A DNA stretch of 51,896 nt from Candidatus Nanopelagicales bacterium (GTDB lineage Bacteria; Actinomycetota; Actinomycetes; S36-B12). The DNA lies in assembly GCA_028688835.1 (NCBI GenBank), contig JAQTXL010000002.1, positions 2,710 through 54,605 on the forward strand, written 5' to 3'. The notes below the pieces were generated by a model. It did no database searches and was not told where the DNA came from. It was given only the letters and a program-made list of their open reading frames with translations. Below, piece by piece: positions 36,873-46,536 of this stretch. A program made the position numbers and the translations under genes. How positions within the stretch are numbered: the first letter of the stretch is position 1; the number at the start of each line of letters is the position of its first letter.

Positions 36873-38498
36873 CTATTTGCGCACGTTGATGAAGTCGAAG
36901 CCGCTGCCGCGGGCTGCTGTGGCCGTCGAGGTCGGGTAGAAGCGCGCGGTGATGCGCGTACGGCCGGCCGGCCAGTTGCTGGGCGTGATCCAGGTGGTGG
37001 AGATGACGCCGTTGATGGCCCGCAGTCCCGTGACCACCGACTTCACCGCGCCGCCCTTGTAGGTGACGTTCACCAGGCCCGCTGCCGTCGAGGGACTCAG
37101 CGTGATGGTGATGGTCGTCGTCTTGCCGCGCTTGGTCCGTGCCGCGGCGGAGACCGTCACGACTGTGGCCGCTGGCTTGACTGCTGCCGTGCTGGTCGGC
37201 GTCGGGGTCGGCGTCGGCGTCGCGGTCGGGCTGACAGCGCCGCCGACCGAGATCAGGTTGCCCGTCACGCCGGTGACGGCGCCGTTGAGGTTGGCGGCCG
37301 ACACCGTCGCTCCGATGAACTTGCCCGAGTCCGCGGTGGTCACGACGTAGGTCGACGCGGTCGAGCCGGTGATCGGCGCGCAGCTGGATGCAGCATTGGT
37401 CGTGCAGCGGACCCACTGGTAGGTGTACGCGGTCGGCTCATAGGCCCAGGTGCCCGACGTCGAGGTCACGGTGGCGCCGACAGCAGCAGTCGTCGGGGTG
37501 ACCGCCGGCGCGGTGACCATGGTCGGGGTCTGGCCGGACAGCACGCGGGCAACCTGAGCGGTGCCGCTCTGGGCGACCCACATGTTGCCGTCCGAGCCCT
37601 GCGCCAGGCCTGTGGGCTTGCTGCCCGCGGAGAGCCCGTAGGACGCCTGCAGCGAGCCGGCCGCAGTGAGCACCGCCACCTGCGAGGTGCCGAAGAGCGT
37701 GACCCACATCGTGGGCCCGGGGCCCTGGGTCAGCCACAGCGGCTGTGAGCCCGAGGGGAGGCTGATCTCGAGGACGGTGCTGCCCTGCAGCTGGGCGATC
37801 TTGTTGGAGCCGTACTCGGCGATCCACAGCGTCGAGGACACCGTCGTGATGCCGAAGGGCCTCGACCCGGCGGACAGCGGGATCTCGGTCACTGCGCCCG
37901 ATGAGGTGATGCGACCGATCTTGTCGGTCGCGGACTCCGTGAAGTACATGTCGTTGCTGCCGGTCGGGCCGGCGACGATCCCGTAGGGCATGGACGCCGC
38001 GGTCGGGATCGCGAACTCCGTGATGGTGCCGGTGGTGGTGATGCGACCGATCTTGTTCGCCGCCTGCTCGGTGAACCACAGGTTGCCGTCAGGCCCCGGT
38101 GCGATGCCGAAGGGCTCAGCGCCGGCGGTGGGGACCGCGAACTCGGTGATCACGCCAGCGGTGGTGATGCGACCGATCTTGTTGCCGGTCTGCTCGGTGA
38201 ACCACAGGTTGCGGTCCGAGCCGACCGTGATGAACCGCGGGGTCGATGCCGCGGTCGGCACCGGGTAGTTGGTGACGGTGCCCTTGGCGTCGACCTTGGA
38301 GATCGAGTTCGCGGCGCCGTTGGCCACCCAGATGTTGTTGTCCGGGCCGAGCACGGTGCCGTACGGGGTCGCGCCGGCCTGCAGCGCGAAGGCGGTCGCA
38401 TCACCGATCGCCGCCTGGCCAGGGGCGGCCAGCCCCACGATCGACAGGGCGAGTGCGGTGACCAGGACGGTGGAACGGGACAGCATGCGAATCGACAT
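36873..38498 (-). CDS. secreted Vgb-like (virginiamycin B lyase-type) beta-propeller protein with C-terminal Ig-like domains
   Basis: The start was re-picked at MSIRMLSRS (38498, signal peptide). About seven repeats follow of ITEF..PT....P.GI..GPDGNLWFTE...NKIGRIT, then a YTYQWVRC Ig-like domain, a (TP)n linker and a second Ig-like domain. Confidence 0.7.
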   Translation of the reverse strand: MSIRMLSRSTVLVTALALSIVGLAAPGQAAIGDATAFALQAGATPYGTVLGPDNNIWVANGAANSISKVDAKGTVTNYPVPTAASTPRFITVGSDRNLWFTEQTGNKIGRITTAGVITEFAVPTAGAEPFGIAPGPDGNLWFTEQAANKIGRITTTGTITEFAIPTAASMPYGIVAGPTGSNDMYFTESATDKIGRITSSGAVTEIPLSAGSRPFGITTVSSTLWIAEYGSNKIAQLQGSTVLEISLPSGSQPLWLTQGPGPTMWVTLFGTSQVAVLTAAGSLQASYGLSAGSKPTGLAQGSDGNMWVAQSGTAQVARVLSGQTPTMVTAPAVTPTTAAVGATVTSTSGTWAYEPTAYTYQWVRCTTNAASSCAPITGSTASTYVVTTADSGKFIGATVSAANLNGAVTGVTGNLISVGGAVSPTATPTPTPTPTSTAAVKPAATVVTVSAAARTKRGKTTTITITLSPSTAAGLVNVTYKGGAVKSVVTGLRAINGVISTTWITPSNWPAGRTRITARFYPTSTATAARGSGFDFINVRK

Positions 38499-38602
38499 GC
38501 CCTCACCGTACGAACGAACACCCGCGAGCCGCAGTTGCGACACCCCGGACCCGGGCATTGCGCGACCTGCCCGTGCCCGCGACAGCACCGCGCGCGGCCC
38601 GA

Positions 38603-39547
38603 TCAGGTGAAGTCGAGCACGAGGCGACCGCGCACGCCACCTGCCTCGAGGCGCCGATGGGCCTCGGCGGCCTGGTCGGCCGGGAGCACATCGGCCACAC
38701 GCAGCGTCAGCGTGCCGTCCTCGACCTGCTCCACCAGCCGGGTGAGCATCGCGGTGTCCTTGGCCGCGGTGGACACCAGGATCGGGTGCACCGTGATCCC
38801 CCGTCCGGGCTCGCCGTTCCAGCCGCGCACGACTGCCATGCCGCCGCCGTCGGCGAGCGCGGGCACCACGAGCGCACCCTGGATCGAGCCGTCGGCGAGG
38901 CCGTCGACGCCCTGGGGCACGAGGGCCCGGATCCCGGCCGCGACGTCGTCGCCGCGGGCAACGATCTCGGTGGCTCCGAGCGAGCGCACGAGCGCCTCGT
39001 CCTTGGGTGCGGCGTCGGCGATGACCCGCAGGCCCTCGGCGATCGCCAGCTGCACGACGTAGGCGCCGTAGGCGCCGGCGGCGCCGGTCACGGCCAGCAC
39101 CTGGCCCGGAGCCAGTGCGAGCGCATCGAGGGTGAGTCGTGCGGTCGCGGCGTTCATGATGAGCGTCGATGCCGCTGCGAGGTCGACACCGGCGGGTGCG
39201 CGCACCACGCAGGCGGCCGGGAGCACGATCTGCTCGGCGTAGGCCCCTCCTGCACGTGAGGTCGGCAGGACCATCGCGACCACGCGATCGCCGACGGCCA
39301 GTCGGTCATCGTTGTCCGGCCCGATGGCGTCGATGACACCGGCCGCGTCCATGCCCGGCACGAACGGCGGCTCGGTGCGACGCATCCGGTCGGCCTGCGC
39401 CCCGGCACGGAACAGCGTGTCCGTGGGACTCACGGCCGCCGCGTGCACACGGATGCGCACCTGGCCCGGGCCAGGCTCCGGCTGGGGCACCTCGAAGACC
39501 TCGAGGCGCTCGGGACCGCCGAACTCCGCTACACCGACAGCACGCAT
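38603..39547 (-). CDS. NADPH:quinone oxidoreductase / MDR zinc-type alcohol dehydrogenase family
   Basis: The ATG at 39547 lies 6 nt after AAGGAGG. GPGQVRIRVHAAAVSPTD and VTGAAGAYGAY are present. Confidence 0.85.
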   Translation of the reverse strand: MRAVGVAEFGGPERLEVFEVPQPEPGPGQVRIRVHAAAVSPTDTLFRAGAQADRMRRTEPPFVPGMDAAGVIDAIGPDNDDRLAVGDRVVAMVLPTSRAGGAYAEQIVLPAACVVRAPAGVDLAAASTLIMNAATARLTLDALALAPGQVLAVTGAAGAYGAYVVQLAIAEGLRVIADAAPKDEALVRSLGATEIVARGDDVAAGIRALVPQGVDGLADGSIQGALVVPALADGGGMAVVRGWNGEPGRGITVHPILVSTAAKDTAMLTRLVEQVEDGTLTLRVADVLPADQAAEAHRRLEAGGVRGRLVLDFT

Positions 39548-39658
39548 GGGCATCCTCCTTGCAGGACGGGATGAGCAGACTCGCACACTGCCGCGCGCTG
39601 CAGGCGCGAATCCGCGCTTCGGCGCCGGCCCCGTCGTCCATCAGGCCAGGCGCGGGCC

Positions 39659-40780
39659 TCAGCGTTCGGCGGCGGACGTACCGGCGCCGACAGGGAGGTG
39701 CGGCGCATCCAGCGGAGCGGGAGGCGCCGGACGCTCGCCCACGACCCAGTGCGGGGCCTCGAAGAGGAATCGGCCCGCATTGCCGAGCGTGAGCCGGTGG
39801 ACGACCAGGGCGATCATGACGAGGAGGGATCCCAGGACCAGCGGCGCGATCAGCTGGACCCACGCCAGCTCCAGGAACGCGAAGTCGCCGCGTCGCAGCA
39901 CCGTCGACATGACGAGCAGCAGCGGGAACTGCACCACGAAGATGGGCAGGGTGCGGGCGCCGAAGTAGGTGCCGAAGCGGCGAGGACCCGAGTGCTGCAC
40001 AAGCAGTGACGCCGCCATCACCCCAGCCACGATCCAGGCGAGCGAGATCGGCAGGAAGGTCTGCTCCCAGAGATCCGGCTGCGTGCTGCGCCACACGCCG
40101 AAGGCGACCACGACGACCAGGATCCCGGCGACCCAGCGCCACGACGCGCGATCGGCGATCCGGGTCAGGAGCTCCTTGCAGTAGGCGCCGAGGAGGAAGA
40201 ACACCAGGTTCGTGACGATCGAGGTGGCCATCGACCCGGCGTCGATGTCGATGAGGAAGTCGCGGTTCCACTGGGCGACCATCGGGCGCAGCAGGTTCGG
40301 CGCCACGGCGAGCGCGAGCACCACCCAGACAGGCCAGCGACGGACGGCCTTGGCGACGATGAAGTAGAGCAGGAGCGCATAGAGGTACCAGTACCCGCTG
40401 CTGCCCAGCAGCAGCTCACTGGGGAACTTCAGCAGTGCCTCGCGCCACGGCGTGGCGAAGATCGCGGCAGCCGAGGCGAAGAAGATCGCACTCCACAGGA
40501 CGTACAGGTAGGCCATGCCGAAGGTGCGCCGGCGCGAGAGCCGCCACGGGCGATTGATCGCCCCGGCGGCCAGCATGCCCGAGACGAGGAAGAACAGCGG
40601 CATGCGCATCGGCTCGAGGACCAGCATCGCGCTGTGCCAGGCCGATGACACGTCACCGTCAGGCGTCGCGGCATGCAGGTGCACAATGCAGTGGAAGAGC
40701 ACGACGATGAGCACGGTCGTGCCCTTGACGAGGTCCATCCACTCGATGCGTGGACGGTGCGCGGGGTGATGCCCCTGCAT
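39659..40780 (-). CDS. acyltransferase family 3 (membrane O-acyltransferase)
   Basis: The N-terminal signature RIEWMDLVKGTTVLIVVLFH is present and there are about 10 TM segments. Confidence 0.8.
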   Translation of the reverse strand: MQGHHPAHRPRIEWMDLVKGTTVLIVVLFHCIVHLHAATPDGDVSSAWHSAMLVLEPMRMPLFFLVSGMLAAGAINRPWRLSRRRTFGMAYLYVLWSAIFFASAAAIFATPWREALLKFPSELLLGSSGYWYLYALLLYFIVAKAVRRWPVWVVLALAVAPNLLRPMVAQWNRDFLIDIDAGSMATSIVTNLVFFLLGAYCKELLTRIADRASWRWVAGILVVVVAFGVWRSTQPDLWEQTFLPISLAWIVAGVMAASLLVQHSGPRRFGTYFGARTLPIFVVQFPLLLVMSTVLRRGDFAFLELAWVQLIAPLVLGSLLVMIALVVHRLTLGNAGRFLFEAPHWVVGERPAPPAPLDAPHLPVGAGTSAAER

Positions 40781-40809
40781 CAGCGGTGCTCGACCATGAT
40801 CGGCCCGGC

Positions 40810-40983
40810 TCAGCCGCTCTTGCGGCGATGCTCGCGCTTGCCGCCTGCAGCGCGGTTGGAGGCGTCCTTGGCTGACGCATTGGCGCCGCCCTTGGCCTGG
40901 CCGCCCTGATGGGACTTGTGCTTCTTGGCCTCGAGCGCGGCCTTGAACTTCTCCCGCTGGTCGTCGAGCTGGTCTTCAGGCAT
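40810..40983 (-). CDS. small highly charged protein (57 aa), DUF5302-like; absent from the supplied ORF track
   Basis: My own translation gives MPEDQLDDQREKFKAALEAKKHKSHQGGQAKGGANASAKDASNRAAGGKREHRRKSG*. It runs ATG to TGA and has high GC3. Confidence 0.55.
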   Translation of the reverse strand: MPEDQLDDQREKFKAALEAKKHKSHQGGQAKGGANASAKDASNRAAGGKREHRRKSG

Positions 40984-41072
40984 GCCCGAATCCTCTCATC
41001 AGGCCAGGGCTCCCGTCGCCAGCCGCCCGCCCGGTCGGCGAGCCGGACTCGGCCGACGACCCCACCGGCACC

Positions 41073-41468
41073 TCAGCCAGGTGCGGACTCGACCGGCAGG
41101 GTGCAGGCGACCGGGCCCCTGAAGAGCCGATGCCGGTTGCGTGCCACGAGGTCGTACACCTGCTCGCGCGGCCGGTCCGGCACTGCCGCGAGCGCACGCC
41201 CGACCAGGCGCCAGCGCGGCAGCAGGAGCAGGGCCTCGGCCACGGCGGCTCCGCCCTGGCAGGCCCGGTCGCCCCGGATGAGCACCAGGGCATCGCGCTG
41301 GGTCAGGCCCCGGAAGCGCGCGGCGCACGCGGCCCCGCGCTCCGAGTGCAGCGCCAGGAGCTCGACGTCCGCGTCGCGCGGAAGGCGGCGCTCCAGGAAG
41401 CGCATCGCTCGGCTGCACATCGCGCAGCCACCGTCGACCAGGACGATCGTCGAGGGCTGTGCAGGCAT
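41073..41468 (-). CDS. thiol-disulfide oxidoreductase DCC family (DUF393) protein
   Basis: The start was re-picked at MPAQPSTIVLVDGGCAMCS (41468), which contains the family's CxxC motif. Confidence 0.75.
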   Translation of the reverse strand: MPAQPSTIVLVDGGCAMCSRAMRFLERRLPRDADVELLALHSERGAACAARFRGLTQRDALVLIRGDRACQGGAAVAEALLLLPRWRLVGRALAAVPDRPREQVYDLVARNRHRLFRGPVACTLPVESAPG

Positions 41469-41521
41469 GGCGATCACGATACGCCCGCCTAGGATCAGAG
41501 CAGCACGAGAAGGAGGCTCAC

Positions 41522-42640
41522 GTGAAGATCGGCATTCCACGGGAGATCAAGAGCCAGGAGTCGCGCGTCGCCATCACGCCCTCGGGCGTGCACGAGCTCG
41601 TGCGCAACGGGCATGTCGTGGTCATCGAGTCGGGCGCGGGCGAGGGCTCGTCGATCCCCGACCACGAGTTCACTGCAGCCGGAGCCGTGATCGAGCCGCG
41701 TGCGCACGATGTCTGGGCGCAGGCCGACCTCATCCTGAAGGTCAAGGAGCCCATCGAGGCCGAGTACCCGCTGCTGCGCCCGGGGCAGGTCCTGTTCACC
41801 TACCTCCACCTGGCCGCCTCACGGGCCTGCACCGATGCCCTGATCGCCAGCGGCTGCACCGCGATCGCCTACGAGACCGTCGAGCTGCCCAACCAGACGC
41901 TGCCCCTGCTCGCACCGATGTCGGAGGTCGCCGGACGCCTCGCCCCGCAGGTCGGGGCCCAGGCGCTCATGGCCGTCAACGGCGGTCGCGGCGTGCTCCT
42001 GGGCGGGGTGTCAGGCACCTATGCCGCCAAGGTCGTCGTGCTCGGCGCCGGCGTGGCCGGGATGAACGCCGCCGCCATCGCACTCGGCATGCAGGCCGAG
42101 GTGCTCCTGCTCGACCGCAACATCGCCAGGCTGCGCGAGATGGATGCGATCTACCAGGGCCACATGCAGACCATCGCGTCGAACGCGTTCGAGATCGAGC
42201 GCGCAGTGAGCGATGCCGACCTGGTCATCGGCGCAGTGCTGGTGCATGGCGCGAAGGCCCCCAAGCTCGTGAGCAACGCACTCGTCGCGCAGATGAAGCC
42301 CGGCGCAGTGCTGGTCGACATCGCCATCGACCAGGGCGGCTGCTTCGAGGACTCGCGACCGACCACCCATGCCGAACCCACGTACGCGGTGCACGACAGC
42401 CTGTTCTACTGCGTGGCAAACATGCCGGCAGCCGTGCCGCACACGTCGACCTACGCCCTGACCAATGTCACGCTCCCCTACGCCGTCGAGCTGGCCAACA
42501 AGGGGTGGCGGGCTGCGATGCTCGACGACCGCGCCCTGGCGCTTGGCCTGAACGTGCACGCGGGGGGCATCACCTACCCCGCAGTCGCCGATGCCTTCGG
42601 ACTGCCGACCGTGACGCTGGAGTCCGCGCTGGTCGCGTGA
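41522..42640 (+). CDS. ald: alanine dehydrogenase
   Basis: The GTG at 41522 follows [23 protein letters not shown] and [14 protein letters not shown] are present. Confidence 0.95.
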   Translation: MKIGIPREIKSQESRVAITPSGVHELVRNGHVVVIESGAGEGSSIPDHEFTAAGAVIEPRAHDVWAQADLILKVKEPIEAEYPLLRPGQVLFTYLHLAASRACTDALIASGCTAIAYETVELPNQTLPLLAPMSEVAGRLAPQVGAQALMAVNGGRGVLLGGVSGTYAAKVVVLGAGVAGMNAAAIALGMQAEVLLLDRNIARLREMDAIYQGHMQTIASNAFEIERAVSDADLVIGAVLVHGAKAPKLVSNALVAQMKPGAVLVDIAIDQGGCFEDSRPTTHAEPTYAVHDSLFYCVANMPAAVPHTSTYALTNVTLPYAVELANKGWRAAMLDDRALALGLNVHAGGITYPAVADAFGLPTVTLESALVA

Positions 42641-42772
42641 CCCATCGCCGCCGCTGCGGCCTCGCCGAGCACGCGGGCACTTCCCAAGCTTTCGACTGGA
42701 GCATCACAGGCTCCTCACAGGCAGGCACGCCACAGTTGCCGGCACGTCACCCCGCAACGAAGGAGTCCGTTC

Positions 42773-43207
42773 ATGCTCATCACGACCACCAGGACGATCG
42801 CAGCCGCCGGACTCGGCGCCTGCCTGCTCATCGGCAGTGGTGCGGCCGCCTTCGCTGCGGATGCCACACCGACCCCGTCAGCCAGCCCCTCTGCCTCGGC
42901 GGCAGCAACGCCGACGCCGACGGGCACGGCCAAGCCCAGGCCCAGCGGCACGGCGACGCTGGATCCTGCGGCGCGACAGGCGCGGCAGGAGGCCCGAGCG
43001 GCCATCAGGGCTACCTTCAAGGCGGCCATCGAGCAGGCACGCGCCGATGCCAAGGCTGCGCTGGCCACGGCCACGACGCGCGAGGCTCGTCTGGCCATCC
43101 GGGCCAAGCACATCGCAGCCGCGCAGGCTGCGGTCGCTGCCCGTCAGGCTGCGATGACCGCGCTCATCCCGGGCTGGACCCCGCACGCCAAGAAGGCGGC
43201 GAGCTAG
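42773..43207 (+). CDS. secreted Ala-rich hypothetical protein
   Basis: A GAAGGAG SD is present. The signal peptide is followed by a TP/SP-rich stretch and then a predicted helical A/R/K/Q-rich region. Confidence 0.5.
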   Translation: MLITTTRTIAAAGLGACLLIGSGAAAFAADATPTPSASPSASAAATPTPTGTAKPRPSGTATLDPAARQARQEARAAIRATFKAAIEQARADAKAALATATTREARLAIRAKHIAAAQAAVAARQAAMTALIPGWTPHAKKAAS

Positions 43208-43743
43208 CCCAGCACGTTCGCCAGGTCAGCGCTGATCTCCTCCGGCGTGACTCCGGGCTCGTAGCGCTTGATCACGGCACCGTCGGGGCCGACGAGGAAC
43301 TTCGTGAAGTTCCACTTGACCTCGTCGGTGCCGATGGTCTCGGGGCGCGTGCTCGCGATGTGCTCGTAGATGCGTCCGCTGTGGGGGCCGAAGTCGCCGG
43401 GGTCGGCCGCGCGCAGGTGCACGAACAGCGGATCGGCGTCGGGGCCGTTGACATCGATCTTGCGCATGATCGGGAACGTGACGTTGTAGGTGAGGGAGCA
43501 GAAGTCCTGGATCTCCTCATCGGTTCCCGGCTCCTGGCCACCGAACTGGTTGCACGGGAAGCCCAGGATCTCCAGCCCCAGATCGGCCTTGGCCTCATAG
43601 AGCGCCTCGAGGCCCTCGTACTGCGGCGTCAGCCCGCACTTGCTCGCCACGTTCACCACGAGCACGGTCTTGCCCTTGTAGGCGGCCAGCGACACCTCGC
43701 TGCCGTCGGCGGCGGTCACGGTGTAGTCATGCACAGTCGTCAT
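43204..43743 (-). CDS. glutathione peroxidase family protein
   Basis: VVNVASKCGLT, FPCNQFGGQEPG and KWNFTKFLV are present. I prefer the ATG at 43743. Confidence 0.9.
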   Translation of the reverse strand: MTTVHDYTVTAADGSEVSLAAYKGKTVLVVNVASKCGLTPQYEGLEALYEAKADLGLEILGFPCNQFGGQEPGTDEEIQDFCSLTYNVTFPIMRKIDVNGPDADPLFVHLRAADPGDFGPHSGRIYEHIASTRPETIGTDEVKWNFTKFLVGPDGAVIKRYEPGVTPEEISADLANVLG

Positions 43744-43853
43744 GGAGGTCCTCACTCGGAATCTGGATCATCGGTGCAGCACAGCAACGCTGCAGCGCGG
43801 CCCGGTATTCCCGGAGCAGGCGGATCAGGCGTGCGACCCCGCGGACGGGTGTC

Positions 43854-44090
43854 TCAGAGCGTGACGATCTGGCGCTGGGCGCGCAGCGACATCACGAGGG
43901 CGATGATCCAGCCCACGATGGTCCAGCCCAGCAGCAGGTTGACCCAGAACACCGACCAGTGCCGCACATCGCGGACCGCGGCGATCGCCCACGGGAGCAT
44001 GTAGCCCGCGCTGAGGATCGCGACGATGATCGCGACGACCTTGGTCGCCGTCCATGAGCGGTCGACGGACTCGACCGTGAACTCGCTCAT
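43854..44090 (-). CDS. superinfection-immunity (Imm_superinfect) family small membrane protein
   Basis: YMLPWAIAAVR....W.VFWVNLLLGWTIVGWIIAL matches the family signature. Confidence 0.7.
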   Translation of the reverse strand: MSEFTVESVDRSWTATKVVAIIVAILSAGYMLPWAIAAVRDVRHWSVFWVNLLLGWTIVGWIIALVMSLRAQRQIVTL

Positions 44091-44509
44091 GCCGCGTCGG
44101 TCTTGAACAGGCCGACGGCATAGGCACCGAGTGCTACCGCCCAGCCCACGGACATCACCATCGAGAGCGCATCACTGCTCACGTCGCCCATGAACGAGCT
44201 GCCGGCCCCGATGGCCACGATGATGCCCAGGATGCCGACGAGGTTGAGGCGGAACCAGCTGGCCGACTTGAGCCGGCGCGCGATCACGAAGATCCAGATG
44301 GCCAGGACGAGGATCGCCACGCCCCACACGATGTGCAGCGTCAGCAGCCACATCGGCTTCGAGTCGCTCCAGCCGCTGCCCGACTCAGGGGTCTCGAGCC
44401 AGAAGGTGTTGGCCATGCCCAGAAGGAACTCGATGAGCAGTGAGCCGATCATCATGAGCGCGAGCCTGCGCAGTCGCTCAGTGGACTCGAGCACCGTGGT
44501 TGTCGTCAT
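44087..44509 (-). CDS. hypothetical 4-TM membrane protein
   Basis: The start was re-picked at MTTTTVLE (44509). Its stop overlaps the Imm-like start (ATGA). Confidence 0.55.
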   Translation of the reverse strand: MTTTTVLESTERLRRLALMMIGSLLIEFLLGMANTFWLETPESGSGWSDSKPMWLLTLHIVWGVAILVLAIWIFVIARRLKSASWFRLNLVGILGIIVAIGAGSSFMGDVSSDALSMVMSVGWAVALGAYAVGLFKTDAA

Positions 44510-44567
44510 GCCCCGAGGGTAGCCGCAGCGGCCGCCGCGACCGCGCATTGCTCAGGCGCGGATGCAG

Positions 44568-45221
44568 TCAGCGGGGCGGCTGACGCGACAGCCACTCCTG
44601 GAAGTCCCGCTCCTGCTCCTGGCGCCAGGCGCCGATCGCCTCCGCGAGCTCGACCGCGCTCATGTCCGCGAGTGCGGGGTAGGCGGCGAGCTCGGCCAGC
44701 AGGATCCGGCCGGCGACCTTCGCATCGGCCTCAGCACCGTGCCAGTCGTCCTCGCTCAGCTCGATGCCGTAGCGCTCAGCCGTCGGCTTGAGCCGTCGCT
44801 GGTTCTTGCCGCGGACGTACTTGTTCCACTGCTTGTCGATCACGTAGGCGCACACGTCGGTCAGCGCCGGCAGCGGCCCGAGGCCGATCCTCCGGAGGTT
44901 CGCATCGAGGATGGGCAGGTCGAAGTCGGACTTGAAGCACACCACCGGGAGGCCGCGCGACACCAGCAGCGCCCGGATGCCCGCCAGGCCGTCGGCCTGG
45001 TCGACACCATCGCGCTGGCTGATCTCGTCGGTGATCCCGTGCACCGCCGTCGTGACGGCCGGGATGGGGACGTCGACCTTGAGCAGCCACGAATGCTGCT
45101 CGACCGGCTCGCCCCCGACGAAGATGACGGCTGCAGCGGTGACGATGCGTGCGTCGGTGACATCGACGCCGGTGGTCTCGGTGTCGAAGGCGACGAATCC
45201 AGCATCAGCCCAGTTCGCCAT
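44568..45221 (-). CDS. DEDDh 3'-5' exonuclease (DnaQ/epsilon-like)
   Basis: The start was re-picked at [18 protein letters not shown] (45221). AVHGITDE and HGAEADAKV supply the Exo I, II and III motifs. Confidence 0.8.
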   Translation of the reverse strand: MANWADAGFVAFDTETTGVDVTDARIVTAAAVIFVGGEPVEQHSWLLKVDVPIPAVTTAVHGITDEISQRDGVDQADGLAGIRALLVSRGLPVVCFKSDFDLPILDANLRRIGLGPLPALTDVCAYVIDKQWNKYVRGKNQRRLKPTAERYGIELSEDDWHGAEADAKVAGRILLAELAAYPALADMSAVELAEAIGAWRQEQERDFQEWLSRQPPR

Positions 45222-45669
45222 GCGGGGGCTCCTGCACACGCTCGAGGATGAAGACGGGGATCTCGCGCTCGGTGCGCGCCTGGTAGTCGGCGTAGTTCGA
45301 GAAGGTCTCGACCGAGCGCTGCCACCAGGCATCGCGCTCTTCACCGAGGACCTGCCGTGCGATGTAGTCGTGCCGCTCGGGCCCGTCCTGGAGCTCGACG
45401 TGCGGATTGGCCTGCACGTTGTAGACCCACACCGGGTTCTTGCGGGAGCCGCCCTGCGACGCGACGATGGCGTAGACGCCCTCGTGCTCGACGCGCATGA
45501 GCGCGGACTTGCGCAGCTTGCCCGACTTGGCCCCGATGGTCGTGAGCACGATGACTCCGCGGCCCTCGGCATCGGTTGTTCCCTGTGTCCCGCCGGACGA
45601 CTCGATCAGCGCGATCTGCTCGCGGACGAAGTCGACGGGGCTCGGCTCGTATTCACCCTGGAGTGGCAT
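45205..45669 (-). CDS. nitroreductase/deazaflavin (F420H2)-dependent oxidoreductase, DDN family
   Basis: [29 protein letters not shown] and the 154-aa length fit the family. Confidence 0.78.
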   Translation of the reverse strand: MPLQGEYEPSPVDFVREQIALIESSGGTQGTTDAEGRGVIVLTTIGAKSGKLRKSALMRVEHEGVYAIVASQGGSRKNPVWVYNVQANPHVELQDGPERHDYIARQVLGEERDAWWQRSVETFSNYADYQARTEREIPVFILERVQEPPHGELG

Positions 45670-45722
45670 GGGGTCACGATAGCCACACAGGCCGACAGCC
45701 GCCGCCGAGCACGGCGATCGCC

Positions 45723-46529
45723 CTAGAGCAGGCCCCCGGCACGCTCGTCGGCGTCGCCGAACTTCTGGGCGACGTAGATCGGCACGATGCTGATGAGGAC
45801 CAGGGCGGCCGCCACCACATTGACGATCGGCGCCTGATTGGGCCGGAACAGGTTCTGGTAGATCCAGATCGGCAGCGTCGTGATGCCCGGGCCGGCGGTG
45901 AAGGTGGTGACGATGATCTCGTCGAAGGACAGGCCGAAGGCGAGCAGGCCTCCAGCGATCAGTGCCGAGCGCAGCAGTGGGAAGGTGACCAGGCGGAACG
46001 TCGTGAACCCTCGGGCGCCCAGGTCGGCCGATGCCTCCTCGACACTGCCGCCCATCCGTCGCAGCCGGGCGATGGAGTTGTTGTAGACCACGACCATGCA
46101 GAACGTGCCGTGCGCCACGACGAGCGTCACGAACGTGAGGCCGCCGAGGTAGGACGTGAAGACATTGTTGAGCGCGATGCCGGTGACGATGCCCGGCAGC
46201 GCGATGGGCAGCACGATGAGCAGCGAGATCGACTCCCGGCCGAAGAACGCCTGTCGGCTCAGCGCAAGTGCCACCAGCGTCCCGAGTACGAGTGCGACGA
46301 GCGTCGCGCAGGCGGCGACGGCGATCGACGTCACGAAGGCCGAGCGCACCCCCTCATTGTCGATCGCCCGGCCCCACCATTCGGTGGTGAAGCCGCTCGG
46401 CGGCCAGGTCAGGCTCTTGTCGGCGCTGAACGAGTTCACCAGGATGATCGCCAGGGGAACGTAGATGAAGGCGCCGCCGATCAGGGCCAGCAGTGTGAGC
46501 ACGAGCTTCGTGCCGCGCGAGAGGATCAT
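45723..46529 (-). CDS. ABC transporter permease (PotC-like)
   Basis: The start was re-picked at MILSRGTK (46529), 5 nt after an AGGAG that overlaps the potB-like stop. It has 6 TM segments and an EAA loop. Confidence 0.8.
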   Translation of the reverse strand: MILSRGTKLVLTLLALIGGAFIYVPLAIILVNSFSADKSLTWPPSGFTTEWWGRAIDNEGVRSAFVTSIAVAACATLVALVLGTLVALALSRQAFFGRESISLLIVLPIALPGIVTGIALNNVFTSYLGGLTFVTLVVAHGTFCMVVVYNNSIARLRRMGGSVEEASADLGARGFTTFRLVTFPLLRSALIAGGLLAFGLSFDEIIVTTFTAGPGITTLPIWIYQNLFRPNQAPIVNVVAAALVLISIVPIYVAQKFGDADERAGGLL

Positions 46530-46536
46530 CAGGCTC

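Noticed and set aside
37194-37230. A GTCGGC-type hexanucleotide microsatellite.
   Set aside because: It encodes the (TP)n interdomain linker of the Vgb-like protein. It is noted under that finding rather than as an independent element.
43204-43207. A shared palindromic CTAG at the convergent ends of the Ala-rich protein gene and gpx, with the two stop codons overlapping.
   Set aside because: It is real in the sequence but is a trivial consequence of compact convergent genes. No functional implication can be supported.
40909-44004. A 1031-aa stop-free ORF on the plus strand, the longest in the track.
   Set aside because: It runs through four well-supported genes on both strands (DCC, ald in another frame, the Ala-rich protein, gpx). 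Its product has Arg/Ala/Pro/Gly-rich low-complexity composition with no recognisable domain. This is the typical out-of-frame or antisense open frame of 70% GC DNA.
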